Made by a program: the position numbers and the translations under genes
NCBI GenBank assembly: GCA_963816395.1
Contig: CAWFKQ010000010.1
Coordinates: forward strand, 184,651 to 248,650
Reading direction: 5' to 3'
DNA from: an uncultured delta proteobacterium
Lineage (GTDB): Bacteria; Desulfobacterota; Desulfuromonadia; Desulfuromonadales; JACZKF01
DNA length: 64,000 bases
Notes under the pieces: generated by a model
What the model saw: the letters and a program-made list of their open reading frames with translations, nothing else
What the model was told of the DNA's origin: nothing
Databases searched by the model: none
In this document: positions 9,632 to 20,024 of the stretch, piece by piece
Layout: each line of letters begins with the position of its first letter
Position numbering within the stretch: the stretch's first letter is position 1

Positions 9632-12049
9632 GTGCAACCTTACCGTCTGTCTCCGGAAGAGTTGTACTGGACCTGCGATCCTGCCCAGTTCGCTTTTGCC
9701 ACCACCCGTGAGGTCCCCTGCCTGGAGGGGACGATCGGCCAGGACCGGGCTCTGACCGCCATCGAATTCGGCCTGGGGATCAAAAACGACGGCTTCAATA
9801 TCTTCATCCTCGGTGAACCGGGGACGGGGCGTTCCTCTACCATCCAGCAGCTTCTGGAGCGGCGGGCCGCCGACCAGGCGGTGCCTGATGACTGGTGCTA
9901 TCTCAATGACTTCGACGACGATACTCACCCACGTCATATTCATCTGCCGGCGGGCTGGGGAAGGGAACTGCACAAGGAGGTGGAGGACCTGATCGCCCGA
10001 CTGGCAGAGGAGATACCAAAGGTTTTCGAGAGCAAGGAATACGAGGAAGCGAAAAACCGCATCTCCGAAGATTATCAGGAAAAAAACCGTAAGCGTTTCC
10101 AGACGCTGGATGAGCGAGTCAATCGCGAGGGTTTTACCTTGCAGCGAATGGTGAGCGGCTTGGTACTGGTGCCGATCAAAGATGAGCACCCCCTCTCCCA
10201 GCAGGAATACGAAGAACTCTCCAGTGAAGAAAAGGCGGTCCTCGACGAAAAGGGTAATCAGCTGAAGAGCCAGCTCAACGATGTAGTGCGAGAAATCCAT
10301 CAGATCGAGGGCGAGATGCGTACCGCCATCGTCAGGGTGGAAAAAGATATCTTGCTCAGCTCGGTGGCCCACCTGTTTGAGGGACTCGAGAAGAAATACG
10401 GTGAATTCCCAGAAGTGCTGGCCCACTTCGAACGTTGCAAGCTGGACATCCAGAATCGAATCGACGAGTTCCGGCCTTCCCAAGGACCACAGATCAACCT
10501 TCCGGGGCTTCGAACAGGCGGACAGGAGCCCTCATTCGACCGCTACCGCGTCAATCTTTTTATAGACAACAGCGAGTTGCAGGGAGCCCCTGTCATTTAC
10601 GAAGCCAATCCGACCTATTTCAATCTGTTTGGCCGTATCGAGCACGTCATACAGATGGGAAATGCCATAACCAATTTCACCATGATCAAGTCGGGCGCCC
10701 TGCACCGGGCCAATGGCGGCTATCTGATTCTGGACTGTCGAGAGGTCCTGCTCAATATTTTCTCCTATGAGGCATTGAAGCGCTGCATCCGCAATCAGGA
10801 AATCAAGATCGAGGATATGGCCGAGCAGTTTCGCCTGATTGCCACCGTCTCCCTGAAGCCGAAGCCAATCCCCCTTAATTGCAAGATCGTGTTCATCGGA
10901 AATCCCTTGCTGTATTATCTTCTGTACCAACTTGATCCTGACTTCCGTAAATATTTCAAGGTGAAGGCCGATTTCGATCGGATGATGAAGAATACCCAGG
11001 AAAACGTGCAGCGCTATGCCCATTTCGTTGCCACCAAATGCCATGAGGAAAATCTCCTCCCCTTCGACCCCTCCGGGGTCGCTCGCCTGGTCGAACATGC
11101 CGCCCGACTGGTGGAAGACAAAAACCGTCTCTCTTCCCGGTTCCTCGATCTCGCAGACTTGATTCGGGAAGCGGCCTATTACGCCGAGCGCGAAGGGCGG
11201 GAAATGGTCGGCCGAGTCCAGGTCAAACAGGCGATAGAGGCTAAGATCTACCGTTCCAACAAGCTGGAGGAAAGGGTTCGGGAATTTATCGAGGAAGGAA
11301 CGATCCTGGTGGATACCGCCGGGGAGGTGGTCGGCCAGGTGAACGGCCTCTCGGTTTTGCAGCTCGGGGATTATAGCTTCGGGCGCCCTTCCCGGGTCAC
11401 CGTACGCACCTATCTGGGTAAGGGAGGCTTCGTCAATATCGAGCGGGAGGCCAATCTTTCCGGACCGATTCACGATAAGGGAGTTTTGATCCTGGGCGGA
11501 TTTTTCGGCGAGCGCTTCGCCCGGGACAAGCCTCTGGCCCTGGCCGCTTCCATCGCTTTTGAGCAGTCCTATTCCGGAATTGAGGGAGACAGCGCCTCCT
11601 CAACCGAACTCTACGGCTTGATGTCCTCTCTCTCCGGGCTGCCGGTGCGGCAGGGGATTGCCGTCACCGGCTCAGTCAATCAGCGCGGCCAGGTCCAGCC
11701 CATCGGCGGGGTGAACGAGAAGATCGAGGGGTTCTATGCTGTCTGTCTGGCTAAGGGGCTGACCGGGGAGCAGGGGGTGGTCATCCCGGTGCAGAACATG
11801 AAGAATCTCATGCTGCGCGAGGAGGTCATTGATGCGGTGCGAGCCGGCCGGTTTCACATATGGGCGGTGGAGAGCGTCGACCATGGCATCGAGATTCTTA
11901 CCGGTATGCCCGCCGGCGAACTTCAAGCTGATGGAAACTGGCCGGAAGGGACGGTGAATTACCTGATCGACCGGCGCTTGCGGGAGATGGCCGAGGCTGC
12001 GCGCCGCTTCGGGGCAGGGAAGAAAGACGAGAGCGGAGAAGAAAGCTGA
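9632..12049 (+). CDS. Lon-like (LonC/AAA_32-type) protease
   Basis: IGQDRA, GALHRANGGYL and Ser-Lys dyad GDSAS...GGVNEKIEG; degenerate Walker A GEPGTGRS. Confidence 0.9.
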   Translation: MQPYRLSPEELYWTCDPAQFAFATTREVPCLEGTIGQDRALTAIEFGLGIKNDGFNIFILGEPGTGRSSTIQQLLERRAADQAVPDDWCYLNDFDDDTHPRHIHLPAGWGRELHKEVEDLIARLAEEIPKVFESKEYEEAKNRISEDYQEKNRKRFQTLDERVNREGFTLQRMVSGLVLVPIKDEHPLSQQEYEELSSEEKAVLDEKGNQLKSQLNDVVREIHQIEGEMRTAIVRVEKDILLSSVAHLFEGLEKKYGEFPEVLAHFERCKLDIQNRIDEFRPSQGPQINLPGLRTGGQEPSFDRYRVNLFIDNSELQGAPVIYEANPTYFNLFGRIEHVIQMGNAITNFTMIKSGALHRANGGYLILDCREVLLNIFSYEALKRCIRNQEIKIEDMAEQFRLIATVSLKPKPIPLNCKIVFIGNPLLYYLLYQLDPDFRKYFKVKADFDRMMKNTQENVQRYAHFVATKCHEENLLPFDPSGVARLVEHAARLVEDKNRLSSRFLDLADLIREAAYYAEREGREMVGRVQVKQAIEAKIYRSNKLEERVREFIEEGTILVDTAGEVVGQVNGLSVLQLGDYSFGRPSRVTVRTYLGKGGFVNIEREANLSGPIHDKGVLILGGFFGERFARDKPLALAASIAFEQSYSGIEGDSASSTELYGLMSSLSGLPVRQGIAVTGSVNQRGQVQPIGGVNEKIEGFYAVCLAKGLTGEQGVVIPVQNMKNLMLREEVIDAVRAGRFHIWAVESVDHGIEILTGMPAGELQADGNWPEGTVNYLIDRRLREMAEAARRFGAGKKDESGEES

Positions 12050-12150
12050 GTCATACACTCTCTTGTTCCGCTTCTGGACCTTTTTTTTGGTGACCGCAGA
12101 CGGAAAATTCGATTAAAATGACCGGGCATTCCTGCAAAAGGAAAGAATTT

Positions 12151-13294
12151 ATGTCCGACCATTTCCAACCTACTCGCTTCGCTCGCGCTGAGCGATCTTC
12201 CCCAGCCGATCTGCGGCGGCAGATCAATTATTTTTCCGAAGAAAACATCACCCGCAGACTGCTTGATGCCGTCCCCAGCATCCTACTTATCCTCAATCAG
12301 CACCGGCAGGTAGTATACCTCAATCGGGCCTTGCTCGACCTGTTCGGCGTCGGGAGCGAGGAGTCCGTCTACGGCTCTCGGCCTGGGGAACTTCTGCACT
12401 GCATCAATGCCGGGCGCGAGCCGGGGGGGTGCGGCACCGCCGAGGTCTGCAGAGTTTGTGGCATGGTGGCCGCCATTCTCTCCGGCCTGGCTGGCCGCAA
12501 GGAAGTTCGCGAGTGCCGATTCCTGCGCTCGCAATGAAGGGAAAACGGAGGCACTGGATCTTTTGGTATGGGCGACTCCCCTGGAATTCCAGGGTGAGGC
12601 ATTTACCGTCTTTGCGCTCAGCGACATCAGTCATGAGAAGCGGCGGCGGACCTTGGAACGGATCTTTTTTCACGATGTCCTCAATGTCATCGGCAGCATC
12701 AAGGGACTTGCCGAACTGCTGCGGACCTATGATCCGGCGGACCGGCGGGAAATTTACAGCATGATCGAGGGTGCGGCCGAGCAGACGATCGACGAAATCG
12801 AGGCACAAAGGGTATTGACGGCCGCCGAAAGCAAGGAACTGCAGGTGCGGCCGGGGCCGCTCAGCACCCCCACCTTTCTTCGGCAGCTTATTGAGCTCTT
12901 CCTGCACCACGAAGCGGCCAGGGAGCGGCAGATCGTGCTGGCGGAACCGGTGCCGGAAGTAGGCCTCATCACCGACCGCACACTGCTGATCCGGATTCTC
13001 GGCAACATGCTCAAGAATGCCCTTGAAGCCTCCGGGCCGGGGGAGACGGTAACTGTTGCCGCCGCCAGCCGTGACGGGCGGATCGAATTCAGCGTGCACA
13101 ACCGGGCGGTCATTCCGCCGCCGGTGCAGATGGAGATTTTCCAGCGTTCCTTCTCCACCAAAGGCAGCGGGCGTGGCCTGGGCACCTACAGCATGAAAGT
13201 GCTCAGCGAATTTCTGCAGGGCGAGGTCAGCTTCTCCAGCCGGGAAGGGGAAGGCACAACCTTCCGGGCCAATTTCCCGCGATCTCTTCCCTGA
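12151..13294 (+). CDS. PAS-domain sensor histidine kinase (frameshift ~12530)
   Basis: PAS-like N-terminus with Cys cluster; H-box FFHDVLN, N-box NMLKNALEA, FSTKG and GLGTY. Confidence 0.85.
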
Positions 13295-13322
13295 TCCCGA
13301 TCCACTTCTGATTTTCCCTCTA

Positions 13323-13350
13323 TTGACAACCTCGAGCAACGACGTATCCT
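13323..13350 (+). promoter_or_regulatory. sigma70-type promoter
   Basis: TTGACA-N16-TATCCT upstream of the ferritin-like gene. Confidence 0.5.
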
Positions 13351-13401
13351 TTTATTAAAGACTGGAAGAGTCATAAATTAAGTCGCGAGAAAGGGGATAT
13401 A

Positions 13402-13930
13402 ATGCGAGTTCTTGATTTTGCCATAGAGATGGAGAGGAGCGGACGTGACTTCTTTCGCAGACTGGCGCAGCGGACCGAATAATGACGGGCCGAAGGCGAT
13501 TTTCGACCGAATGGCCGATGATGAGGAGCGGCTTTTGCGTGTGTATCGGCATCTGAGTGGGAAGAAACGGAATGAGCGGAAAGCTTCCCGTTTTCTGAAC
13601 GCGAAGAGAAGCCCCTTCCTCAGCTTGGACGAGAAAAGTCTCCTGGAGTTGGAGGACGATCTGGCTGTTTACCGATGTCTGCTGAAAACGGAGGAGGAGA
13701 AGTGCCGCCTCTATGAGGAAGCCGCCCAGCGCGAGACAGATGAGGAGACTCGGGCACTGCTCCGACGGGTAGCTGAAGAGGAAGCAGGAGAGCTGCAGCA
13801 GTTGGAAAATATCCTCGATTTCACCAATGCCCCGAACGAGTACCTGGCGTGGGGCGAGTTCAGCAATCTGGATGAATTCCATAACTTCGGCCGTTACGAA
13901 GACAACCGGCGCTGCCGGCACACGGCCTGA
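13402..13930 (+). CDS. Ferritin-like/rubrerythrin-family protein (frameshift ~13475)
   Basis: MRVLDFAIEMERSGRDFF... continues in another frame as AIFDRMADDE...LRRVAEEE...LAWGEFSNL; AAAGGGG RBS. Confidence 0.75.
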
Positions 13931-13987
13931 AAAAAGCGGCGAGGGGAAAGCGTGGGCGATAGGCGATGGCCTTCGCCCATGCTTCCA

Positions 13988-14474
13988 TCAGGGGATGGGT
14001 ATCAGGAAAACCGGCCTCTTGCTCTTGCGCATGACTTTCTCCGCAACACTGCCGAGGAAAGCGTGCGCCGACGGACCCCTTGCCATGGGAACCCATGACG
14101 ATGACGTCCGCTTTCACTTGATCCGCCGTTTCCAGGATCTTGGCGACGGGGTGGCCGTGGACGACCTCGATGGTTACCAGCCGCTCTAAATCCTCGGGGA
14201 AATTGGCAAGCTCCTCTTCAGCGAATTTTTTCACATTTTTCCTGATTTCTCTCCAGGCATCTTCCTCATGTTGGGCCGCAAAATGCTCCAGACTCCCCTT
14301 GAGCATCAGCGCCGAGATGTAGCTGCGCATCGAGGCATCGATTTCGGGAACAACATGCAGCAGGTGGATCCTCGCATCGTTGCGGCGGGCCATCATCACG
14401 GCATGCTTGAAGGCATGTACGGAATTCAGGCTGAGATCCGTCGCCACCAGGATGTCGGTATAATTGGGCAGCAT
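13988..14474 (-). CDS. Universal stress protein (frameshift ~14070)
   Basis: ILVATDLS and VIVMGSHGKG, then FLGSVAEKVMRKSKRPVFLIP in the shifted frame. Confidence 0.88.
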
Positions 14475-14541
14475 GGCATTTCTCCTGCAGAGTTCCTATT
14501 TCCTGTTATGCATCGGTTTTCCCCGGAGCGGGCGGATACAG

Positions 14542-14570
14542 GAAAGGGGAGGCGTGAAGCCTCCCCTTTC
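14542..14570. terminator. Hairpin downstream of dctP
   Basis: GAAAGGGGAGGC-GTGAA-GCCTCCCCTTTC perfect stem. Confidence 0.65.
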
Positions 14571-14582
14571 TGCGGCAGTGGT

Positions 14583-15564
14583 TTATTTCCCGGCGTTCAG
14601 GGCACCTTCGATCAGGTCTTTGCCGATGCTGTCGTAGAATGCGGGATAAATGGGCATCAGCTTGCTCTTCCAGGCTTTGCGTTGCTCCTGGGTCAGTTCG
14701 TGCACGGTAGTGGTGCCCGCCGCCTTGATGTCGGCCAGATATTTCACATCGAGATCCACGGCCAGTTTGTCGGCATATTCGGTTGCTTCCTTCATCGCCT
14801 GGCTGATGAGGTCGCGCTGCTTGTCGTTCAACTTGTTCCAGAAAAGCTTGTTGGTGACGACCATGTAACCGAGATAGCCATGATTGGAAATGGTCAGGTC
14901 TTTTTGCACCTCATAGAATTTCTTGGTGTAGAAATTGGACAGGGGGTTTTCCGCCGCGTCCACCACCCCCTGCTGCAGGGCGCTGTAGACTTCGGAGAAG
15001 GGAAGCACCTGCGGGTTGGCGTCCAGGGCCTTGAATTGGGCGTCGAGCACCTTGGAAGACATGATGCGGAACTTCAGCCCGGCAGCATCCGCCGGCTTGA
15101 TCAAGGGTTTGTCGGCGGAGAGCTGCTTGAAGCCGTTGTCCCAGTAGGCCAGGCCCACCATCCCCTTTTTCCCGACCATCCCGAGCAGCTTCTGCCCGAC
15201 CTCGCCGTTCAGCACTTTGTGCAGAGTGATCAACATCGTTGAACAGGAAGGGCAGATCGAACAGCTCCAGTTGGGGAACAAAGGTGGTGAACTTGGAGAA
15301 GCTGGGGGCGGCCATCTGGATGGCGTTCATGGAAAGTGCCTCGAGCGCCTCACGGTCGTCATAGAGGGAAGCGTTGGGGTAGACTTCGACTTTGATATCG
15401 CCGTGCGAGCGTTCTTCCACCAGCTTCTTGAAGTACTCGGCCGCCTGTCCCTTGGGGGTGTCGACGGCGACCACATGGCTGAACTTGATGACCAGAGGCC
15501 CGGCGAAAGCCGGGGCGGCCGCCAGCAGGACAATGAGACAGACGATCAATCCGAATTTGCGCAT
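14583..15564 (-). CDS. dctP: TRAP transporter substrate-binding protein, C4-dicarboxylate type (frameshift ~15228)
   Basis: Signal peptide, IKFSHVVAVDTPKG, WDNGFKQ, GLKFRI and PFSEVYSALQQGVVD. Confidence 0.9.
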
Positions 15565-15639
15565 AACTTGTTTCCTCCTATCGTGGGGGTGTTTGGGGGA
15601 CGGTTCGACAGCATCAGGACCGTCCGGTTGCCAATGATT

Positions 15640-16923
15640 TCAGCTGCCATACATCAGTTTCGGCAGCCAGAGGGAAACGGCTGGAACATAGGTGAGAATG
15701 ATCAGGCCGACAAGGAGGGCAAAGAACCAGGGAATTGATGACTTGACAACCTCGCCGAGCCCCAGCCCCGAGATGCCGCTGGCCACGAACAGGTTGAGGC
15801 CGACCGGCGGGGTCAGCATCCCGATCTCCATGTTGACGGTGATGATTACGCCGAGATGAATGGGGTCGATCCCCAGCTTCATGGCCACCGGGAAGATCAA
15901 TGGGGCGATGATCATGATCAGACTGGAGGGTTCCATGAAGTTCCCAGCCAGCAGCAGCAGCAGGTTGACGAAGATCAGGAAGGTGAATTTACTGAGGTGC
16001 ATGTCGATGATCCAGGCCGCCAGTTCCTGGGGAATCTGCTGGATGGTGAGCAGATAGGCGAAAATCATGGCGTTGGCGATAATGAACATGATCATCGCCG
16101 CCGTGGCGGCCGAGGCTTTGATTACCTCCGGAATCTGCTTCCAGGAAAGGTCCCGGTAAATGAACTTGACGACGAAGAAGCCATATACCGCCGATACGGC
16201 CGCAGCTTCGGTAGGGGTGAACAGACCGCCATAGATGCCGCCGATGATGATGATGACGACGAACAGCCCCCAGATGGCGTCCTTGAAGGAAATCCAGACC
16301 TCCTGAAGCGATGCCCGCTGGCTGTGTTTGAAGCCGCCCCTTACGGCCGCGATATAGGTGACCACCATCAGCATGCCGCCGAGAAAGATGCCCGGTACCA
16401 CGCCAGCCATGAAAAGCTTGCCGATCGACTGGTCGACGGTGACGCCGTAGACGATGAGGATGATCGACGGCGGGATGAGAATCCCCAAGGAGCCGGCGCA
16501 GGCAATCGAGCCGACGGAGAAACTGTCGCTGTAGCCATCGTCGCGGATGGCGCCGATCATGATAGAACCGATGGCGGCCACCGTTGCCGGTGAGGAGCCG
16601 CTGACCGCTGCAAAGATGATGCAGGCGAAAATCGCGGACATCGGCAGGCCGCCCGGCAGGTGACCGACCAGTGCCCGGGCGAAACGTATAATCCGCTTTG
16701 CCGCCCCGCCCTGGGAGAGGAAGTTCCCCGCCAGAACGAACAGCGGGATCGCCATCAGGGCGAATTTATCCAGAGAGGTGAACATCTTCTGGGCGATGAT
16801 CAGCGTCGGCTGATCGGTAAAGAGCAGCAGGGTGACGGTGGTCGACAGGCCCAGGGCAACGGCGATGGGAACCCCTAACAGCAGTAAGGCGAATAAAAGA
16901 CCGAACAAAGACAGTGTGGCCAT
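15640..16923 (-). CDS. dctM: TRAP transporter large permease
   Basis: LMAIPLFVLAG, SGSSPAT, LGILIPPS and TPPVGLNLFV. Confidence 0.95.
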   Translation of the reverse strand: MATLSLFGLLFALLLLGVPIAVALGLSTTVTLLLFTDQPTLIIAQKMFTSLDKFALMAIPLFVLAGNFLSQGGAAKRIIRFARALVGHLPGGLPMSAIFACIIFAAVSGSSPATVAAIGSIMIGAIRDDGYSDSFSVGSIACAGSLGILIPPSIILIVYGVTVDQSIGKLFMAGVVPGIFLGGMLMVVTYIAAVRGGFKHSQRASLQEVWISFKDAIWGLFVVIIIIGGIYGGLFTPTEAAAVSAVYGFFVVKFIYRDLSWKQIPEVIKASAATAAMIMFIIANAMIFAYLLTIQQIPQELAAWIIDMHLSKFTFLIFVNLLLLLAGNFMEPSSLIMIIAPLIFPVAMKLGIDPIHLGVIITVNMEIGMLTPPVGLNLFVASGISGLGLGEVVKSSIPWFFALLVGLIILTYVPAVSLWLPKLMYGS

Positions 16924-16927
16924 TATT

Positions 16928-17440
16928 TCAATGCTCCTTCATCACCATGTTGTAACTGAACTGGTCTTGCGGAACCCGCAGCGTCCGGAAGATCTTCAGG
17001 ATTACCTGATAGGAGGCGATGCTCATCGAAATAGGCACGCTCATGTAGATGATCCAGAAGGGGAGTTGCAGGTCGACTGACGCTTGTTCAAGTTCGTAAT
17101 TGAAAACACAGAAGTTATACCCCCAGCAGATCAGGGCAATGAGGTAGATGAGAATGACGATCAAGCTGAAGGAAAGCACGTATTTGGCTATTCTTGGCTT
17201 CAGCTTCTGAATGACAATAGTTACCCCCAGGTGCATGCCGATCTTGAAACCGTAGGCGGCGCCGAACAGGGCACTCCAGATAAACAGATAAGAGGTCAGT
17301 TCGCCCGCCCAGCTGAGGGAGGCATTGAACACGTAACGCAGCACCACATTGATGAAGGCCACCAGGGTAGCCAGAGACATGGTAAACATCATTACGGCGG
17401 TGCTGAAGATTTCCAGATATCGGTCCAGTTTATTGAACAT
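16928..17440 (-). CDS. dctQ: TRAP transporter small permease
   Basis: Four TM helices; NVVLRYVFN...WAGELT motif. Confidence 0.9.
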   Translation of the reverse strand: MFNKLDRYLEIFSTAVMMFTMSLATLVAFINVVLRYVFNASLSWAGELTSYLFIWSALFGAAYGFKIGMHLGVTIVIQKLKPRIAKYVLSFSLIVILIYLIALICWGYNFCVFNYELEQASVDLQLPFWIIYMSVPISMSIASYQVILKIFRTLRVPQDQFSYNMVMKEH

Positions 17441-17597
17441 CAGGTACCCTCGATTCTAGAATTGCAGTGTAAATGGGCCGGGAACTCTGCGCCGGCCGGG
17501 TTCGTGGCCGGAGAGATTTTTCAGGAAAGCATGGCAACTCCTTCTTTGCTGAAACTGCGATCAAATGATGTTCGGAATGGTTCGAAGAGGAGGTAAT

Positions 17598-17613
17598 CGC
17601 AAGGAGGATGCCA
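17598..17613 (-). promoter_or_regulatory. sigma54 -24/-12 promoter of dctQMP
   Basis: Minus strand reads TGGCATCCTCCTTGCG, matching TGGCAY-N5-TTGC. Confidence 0.75.
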
Positions 17614-17863
17614 CTTCTAAAATAGCGTTCTCTTCTCTTTGGCCTTGGATTATTGCTTTGAAGTTGTAGTGACTTACCTCATATTGTGTGCGGAGAACGT
17701 CTCCTGGTAGTGGCCGAAAATGGCCATTGGCGGCGAAAATATGCCGATGTCACGGGGGCGGCAGAAAAGGATAAAACGGAATTTGTCTTTTCCGGCATCA
17801 GCTATTTACCAGAGTAAACCTTGAGAAAGGAATAATATTCTGTGTATCGAGAGCTCGAGTCTC

Positions 17864-17893
17864 TTGACACCTATAGGGAGAATTCTGTATTAG
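17864..17893 (+). promoter_or_regulatory. sigma70-type promoter of the ispE operon
   Basis: TTGACA-N18-TATTAG with extended TG. Confidence 0.4.
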
Positions 17894-17915
17894 GGTGGGA
17901 GAAAGGGGAATGCCG

Positions 17916-18779
17916 ATGATGACTCGTACCTGTCTGGCTCCGGCCAAAATCAATCTGTACCTGCAGGTGTGCGGCCGGCGGGCTGACGGCTATCACGATT
18001 TGGGTATGGTCATGCAGTGCGTTTCCCTATATGATCGCCTGGAAATCGCCCTGAAGGGCGAACCGGGAGTGCGGGTTGTCTGCCCGGGGCTCCCGATGCC
18101 GGAAGGGGAGGAGAATATCGCTTCCCGCGCCGCTCGTCGTCTGCTGCAGCTGGCAGGAAAGGAGGTCGGGGTCGAAATCTGCATCGAAAAGCAGATTCCG
18201 GTGGCGGCCGGGCTGGGTGGCGGTTCCTCGGATGCGGCGGCCGTACTCATGGCGCTTAATCAGATGCTCGGCCTCCACCTCGATCGGAAAGTTCTTATGG
18301 CCGAAGGCGTCCAGCTCGGCGCCGATGTTCCTTTCTTTCTTTTCCAGCAGTCTGCCTGGGCCACTGGGATAGGCGAAGTGCTGAAACCCTTCCATCTGCC
18401 CCCCGCCTGGTATCTCCTGGTCAATCCGGGGCTTGCCGTCTCCACCGCCTGGGTGTATCGAAATTTGGGGTTGACTTCCCCCGGGCCGGCAGCTAAAATG
18501 CCGGGGTTTCCCAAGGCGATAGCTGGTTTGGCGGGACTGCTCCACAATGACCTGGAGCGGGTCACCGTGGGCCGTTATCCTCTGCTGTCGGCGATCAAGG
18601 AACAGCTTCTGGCGGCCGGTGCCGCGGGTGCCCTGATGTCCGGTAGCGGGCCGACCGTATTCGGGGTTTTTGCCCGGGAAGATGCGGCCCGGCAGGCCGG
18701 CACCGAATTTGCTCAAGCCCATCCGGACTGGCGAATCTTCGTTGCCCAGCCGATAGGAGAGTCAGGCGGAGGCTCCTGA
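17916..18779 (+). CDS. ispE: 4-diphosphocytidyl-2-C-methyl-D-erythritol kinase
   Basis: APAKINL, IPVAAGLGGGSSDAA, LGADVPF and MSGSGPTVF. Confidence 0.96.
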   Translation: MMTRTCLAPAKINLYLQVCGRRADGYHDLGMVMQCVSLYDRLEIALKGEPGVRVVCPGLPMPEGEENIASRAARRLLQLAGKEVGVEICIEKQIPVAAGLGGGSSDAAAVLMALNQMLGLHLDRKVLMAEGVQLGADVPFFLFQQSAWATGIGEVLKPFHLPPAWYLLVNPGLAVSTAWVYRNLGLTSPGPAAKMPGFPKAIAGLAGLLHNDLERVTVGRYPLLSAIKEQLLAAGAAGALMSGSGPTVFGVFAREDAARQAGTEFAQAHPDWRIFVAQPIGESGGGS

Positions 18780-18819
18780 AACAAGGAGAATCATCGTCTG
18801 TGCCTGTAGACTGAAATAT

Positions 18820-18894
18820 TGGGGCGTCGCCAAGCGGTAAGGCACCGGATTTTGATTCCGGCATACCCAGGTTCGAATCCTGGCGCCCCAGCCA
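18820..18894 (+). tRNA. tRNA-Gln(TTG)
   Basis: TGGGGCG/CGCCCCA acceptor stem, CCGGA-TTTTGAT-TCCGG anticodon arm, GGTTCGAATCC, encoded CCA; usual ispE-prs position. Confidence 0.97.
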
Positions 18895-19032
18895 CTTACC
18901 AGCATTCTTCAGCGCCGGCCGCCGGCGGCCTCCCCCGGGGAGTGTCGCCGATCTTCCGAATTCAATTCTCCGGCTAGGTCATGGGTTCGCCATGACCTAC
19001 AGTTTTTCCAGCAGCAGGATAGGCGGGATTGC

Positions 19033-19974
19033 ATGAATAAATTCAAGATCTTCTCTGGGAATTCCAACCTCCCTCTGGCCCGCGAAATATGTACCCAGTT
19101 GGCCGTCCCCCTGAGCTGCGCCAGAGTCAAAAACTTCTCCGATGGCGAGATTATGGTCGAAATTGGGGAGAACGTCCGTGGACGGGACGTTTATGTGATG
19201 CAATCCACCTGTGCGCCGACGAACAACAACCTGATGGAGTTGCTGGTGATGTTCGATGCCCTGAAACGGGCCTCGGCTGCTCGCATCACTGCCGTTATCC
19301 CTTACTTTGGTTATGCTCGCCAGGATCGTAAGGTGGCGCCGCGTACTCCCATCACCAGTAAACTGGTGGCGGATCTGATCACCACGGCCGGCGCCGACCG
19401 GGTGCTGACCATGGATCTGCACGCTGGCCAAATCCAGGGATTTTTCAATATCCCTGTCGATCATCTCTATGCCGCGCCGGTGATCCTGGAGTCGATCAAG
19501 GCACGTTTCCGGGAGCGGGTAGTGGTGGTCTCCCCTGACGCGGGCGGCACGGAGCGGGCTCGCGCCTTTGCCAAACGACTCAATGCCGGTTTGGCGATTA
19601 TCGACAAACGCCGCAGCGGTCCGAATGTTTCGGAGGTGATGCACATCATCGGCGATATCGATAACGAGATCTGCATCATCGTCGACGACATGATCGACAC
19701 CGCTGGGACCCTCTGCCAGGCCGCTCGGGCGCTCAAGGAAAAAGGTGCCCGCGAGGTTTACGCCTGCGCCACCCATCCGGTGCTATCGGGGCCCGCGCTT
19801 GAGCGGATCAGTAAAGAGGATGGTTTGAAAGAGGTGGTGGTCACCAATTCGATTCCCCTCGATGACAAACTGAAACAATGTCCGAAGCTGCGCTGCCTTT
19901 CGGTAGCCGAGTTACTGGCCGAAGCGATCCGGCGTATCCACGGAGACGAATCGGTCAGCTCCCTGTTCGTATAA
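19033..19974 (+). CDS. prs: Ribose-phosphate pyrophosphokinase
   Basis: [23 protein letters not shown] and [10 protein letters not shown]. Confidence 0.98.
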   Translation: MNKFKIFSGNSNLPLAREICTQLAVPLSCARVKNFSDGEIMVEIGENVRGRDVYVMQSTCAPTNNNLMELLVMFDALKRASAARITAVIPYFGYARQDRKVAPRTPITSKLVADLITTAGADRVLTMDLHAGQIQGFFNIPVDHLYAAPVILESIKARFRERVVVVSPDAGGTERARAFAKRLNAGLAIIDKRRSGPNVSEVMHIIGDIDNEICIIVDDMIDTAGTLCQAARALKEKGAREVYACATHPVLSGPALERISKEDGLKEVVVTNSIPLDDKLKQCPKLRCLSVAELLAEAIRRIHGDESVSSLFV

Positions 19975-20024
19975 CCTGGCATATCAGCCGAGCGTCTGAA
20001 AACCTACGAAGCGGAGGAAAATAC

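Noticed and set aside
18820..19030. Integrative element at tRNA-Gln
   Set aside because: No integrase or duplicated tRNA 3' end; prs follows directly.
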